A stretch of DNA of 64,000 nucleotides from assembly GCA_034780895.1 (NCBI GenBank), contig JAUZTB010000027.1, positions 33,183,562 to 33,247,561 of the forward strand, read 5' to 3'. The position numbers were made by a program, and so were the translations under genes. Positions within the stretch are counted from its first letter, which is position 1. Every line of letters begins with the position of its first letter. This document shows, in pieces, positions 63,665-64,000 of this stretch. Source of the DNA: Rhynchobatus australiae (taxonomy: Eukaryota). Below the pieces are notes generated by a model. That model did not search any database and was not told the origin of the DNA. It saw only the letters and a program-made list of their open reading frames with translations.

Positions 63665-64000
63665 AAACAATACACATGATGCTGGAGGAACTCAATGGGT
63701 CAGGCAGCATCCATGGAGGGAAATGGACAGTCAGCATTATTGGTCAAGACCCTTCATCTGGACTGAAAGATAGANNNNNNNNNNNNNNNNNNNNNNNNNN
63801 NNNNNNNNNNNNNNNNNNNNNNNNNNNNNNNNNNNNNNNNNNNNNNNNNNNNNNNNNNNNNNNNNNNNNNNNNNATTGGTCAAGACCCTTCATCTGGACT
63901 GAAAGATAGAGGGGAGATAACCGGTATAAAAAGGTGAAGGGAAGGGGTGGAGCAAGAGCCAGCAAGTGATAGGTGGATCCAGATTATGGGGGGTGGGGGG
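63665..64000. mobile_element. Penelope-like element terminal region (continues beyond the window)
   Basis: atgatgctggaggaactcaatgggtcaggcagcatccatggagggaaatggacagtc..gacccttcatctggactg followed by a purine-rich body; contains a hammerhead-like scaffold on the minus strand (63728-63765). Confidence 0.75.

Noticed and set aside
1-64000. CRISPR arrays, operons, tRNA/rRNA genes or a prokaryote-style defence system
   Set aside because: This is eukaryotic intronic DNA. No regularly spaced repeat-spacer array or gene cluster is present, and the tRNA-like boxes belong to SINE heads.

Overview
Vertebrate nuclear DNA, almost certainly a cartilaginous fish (shark or ray), judged from its repeat content: CR1/HER1 LINEs, HE1/V-SINEs, Deu-SINEs, Rex1/Babar and palindromic Penelope-type elements. 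The window lies inside the CHD9 gene (chromodomain helicase DNA-binding protein 9, + strand). It holds one clear coding exon, the large first coding exon (ATG 25865 to splice donor 27406, 514 codons, low-complexity N-terminus). About 25 kb of upstream intron and at least 36 kb of downstream intron flank it, and I found no exon 3 in the window. The rest is intronic sequence dense in decayed transposons, with several N-gaps. I see no evidence of a new multi-gene system. The most interesting signals are: (i) a candidate alternative promoter plus a phase-0 mini first exon at about 39.1-39.5 kb; (ii) six uATGs and possible circular or intronically polyadenylated products of the large exon; (iii) hammerhead-ribozyme remnants in palindromic Penelope-derived elements; (iv) an RTE LINE with a clean 5' inversion; (v) a fossil PIF/Harbinger transposase; (vi) two Tigger-type MITEs with shared ends but different interiors. 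Repeat boundaries are approximate, and family names come from recalled motifs, not database searches.
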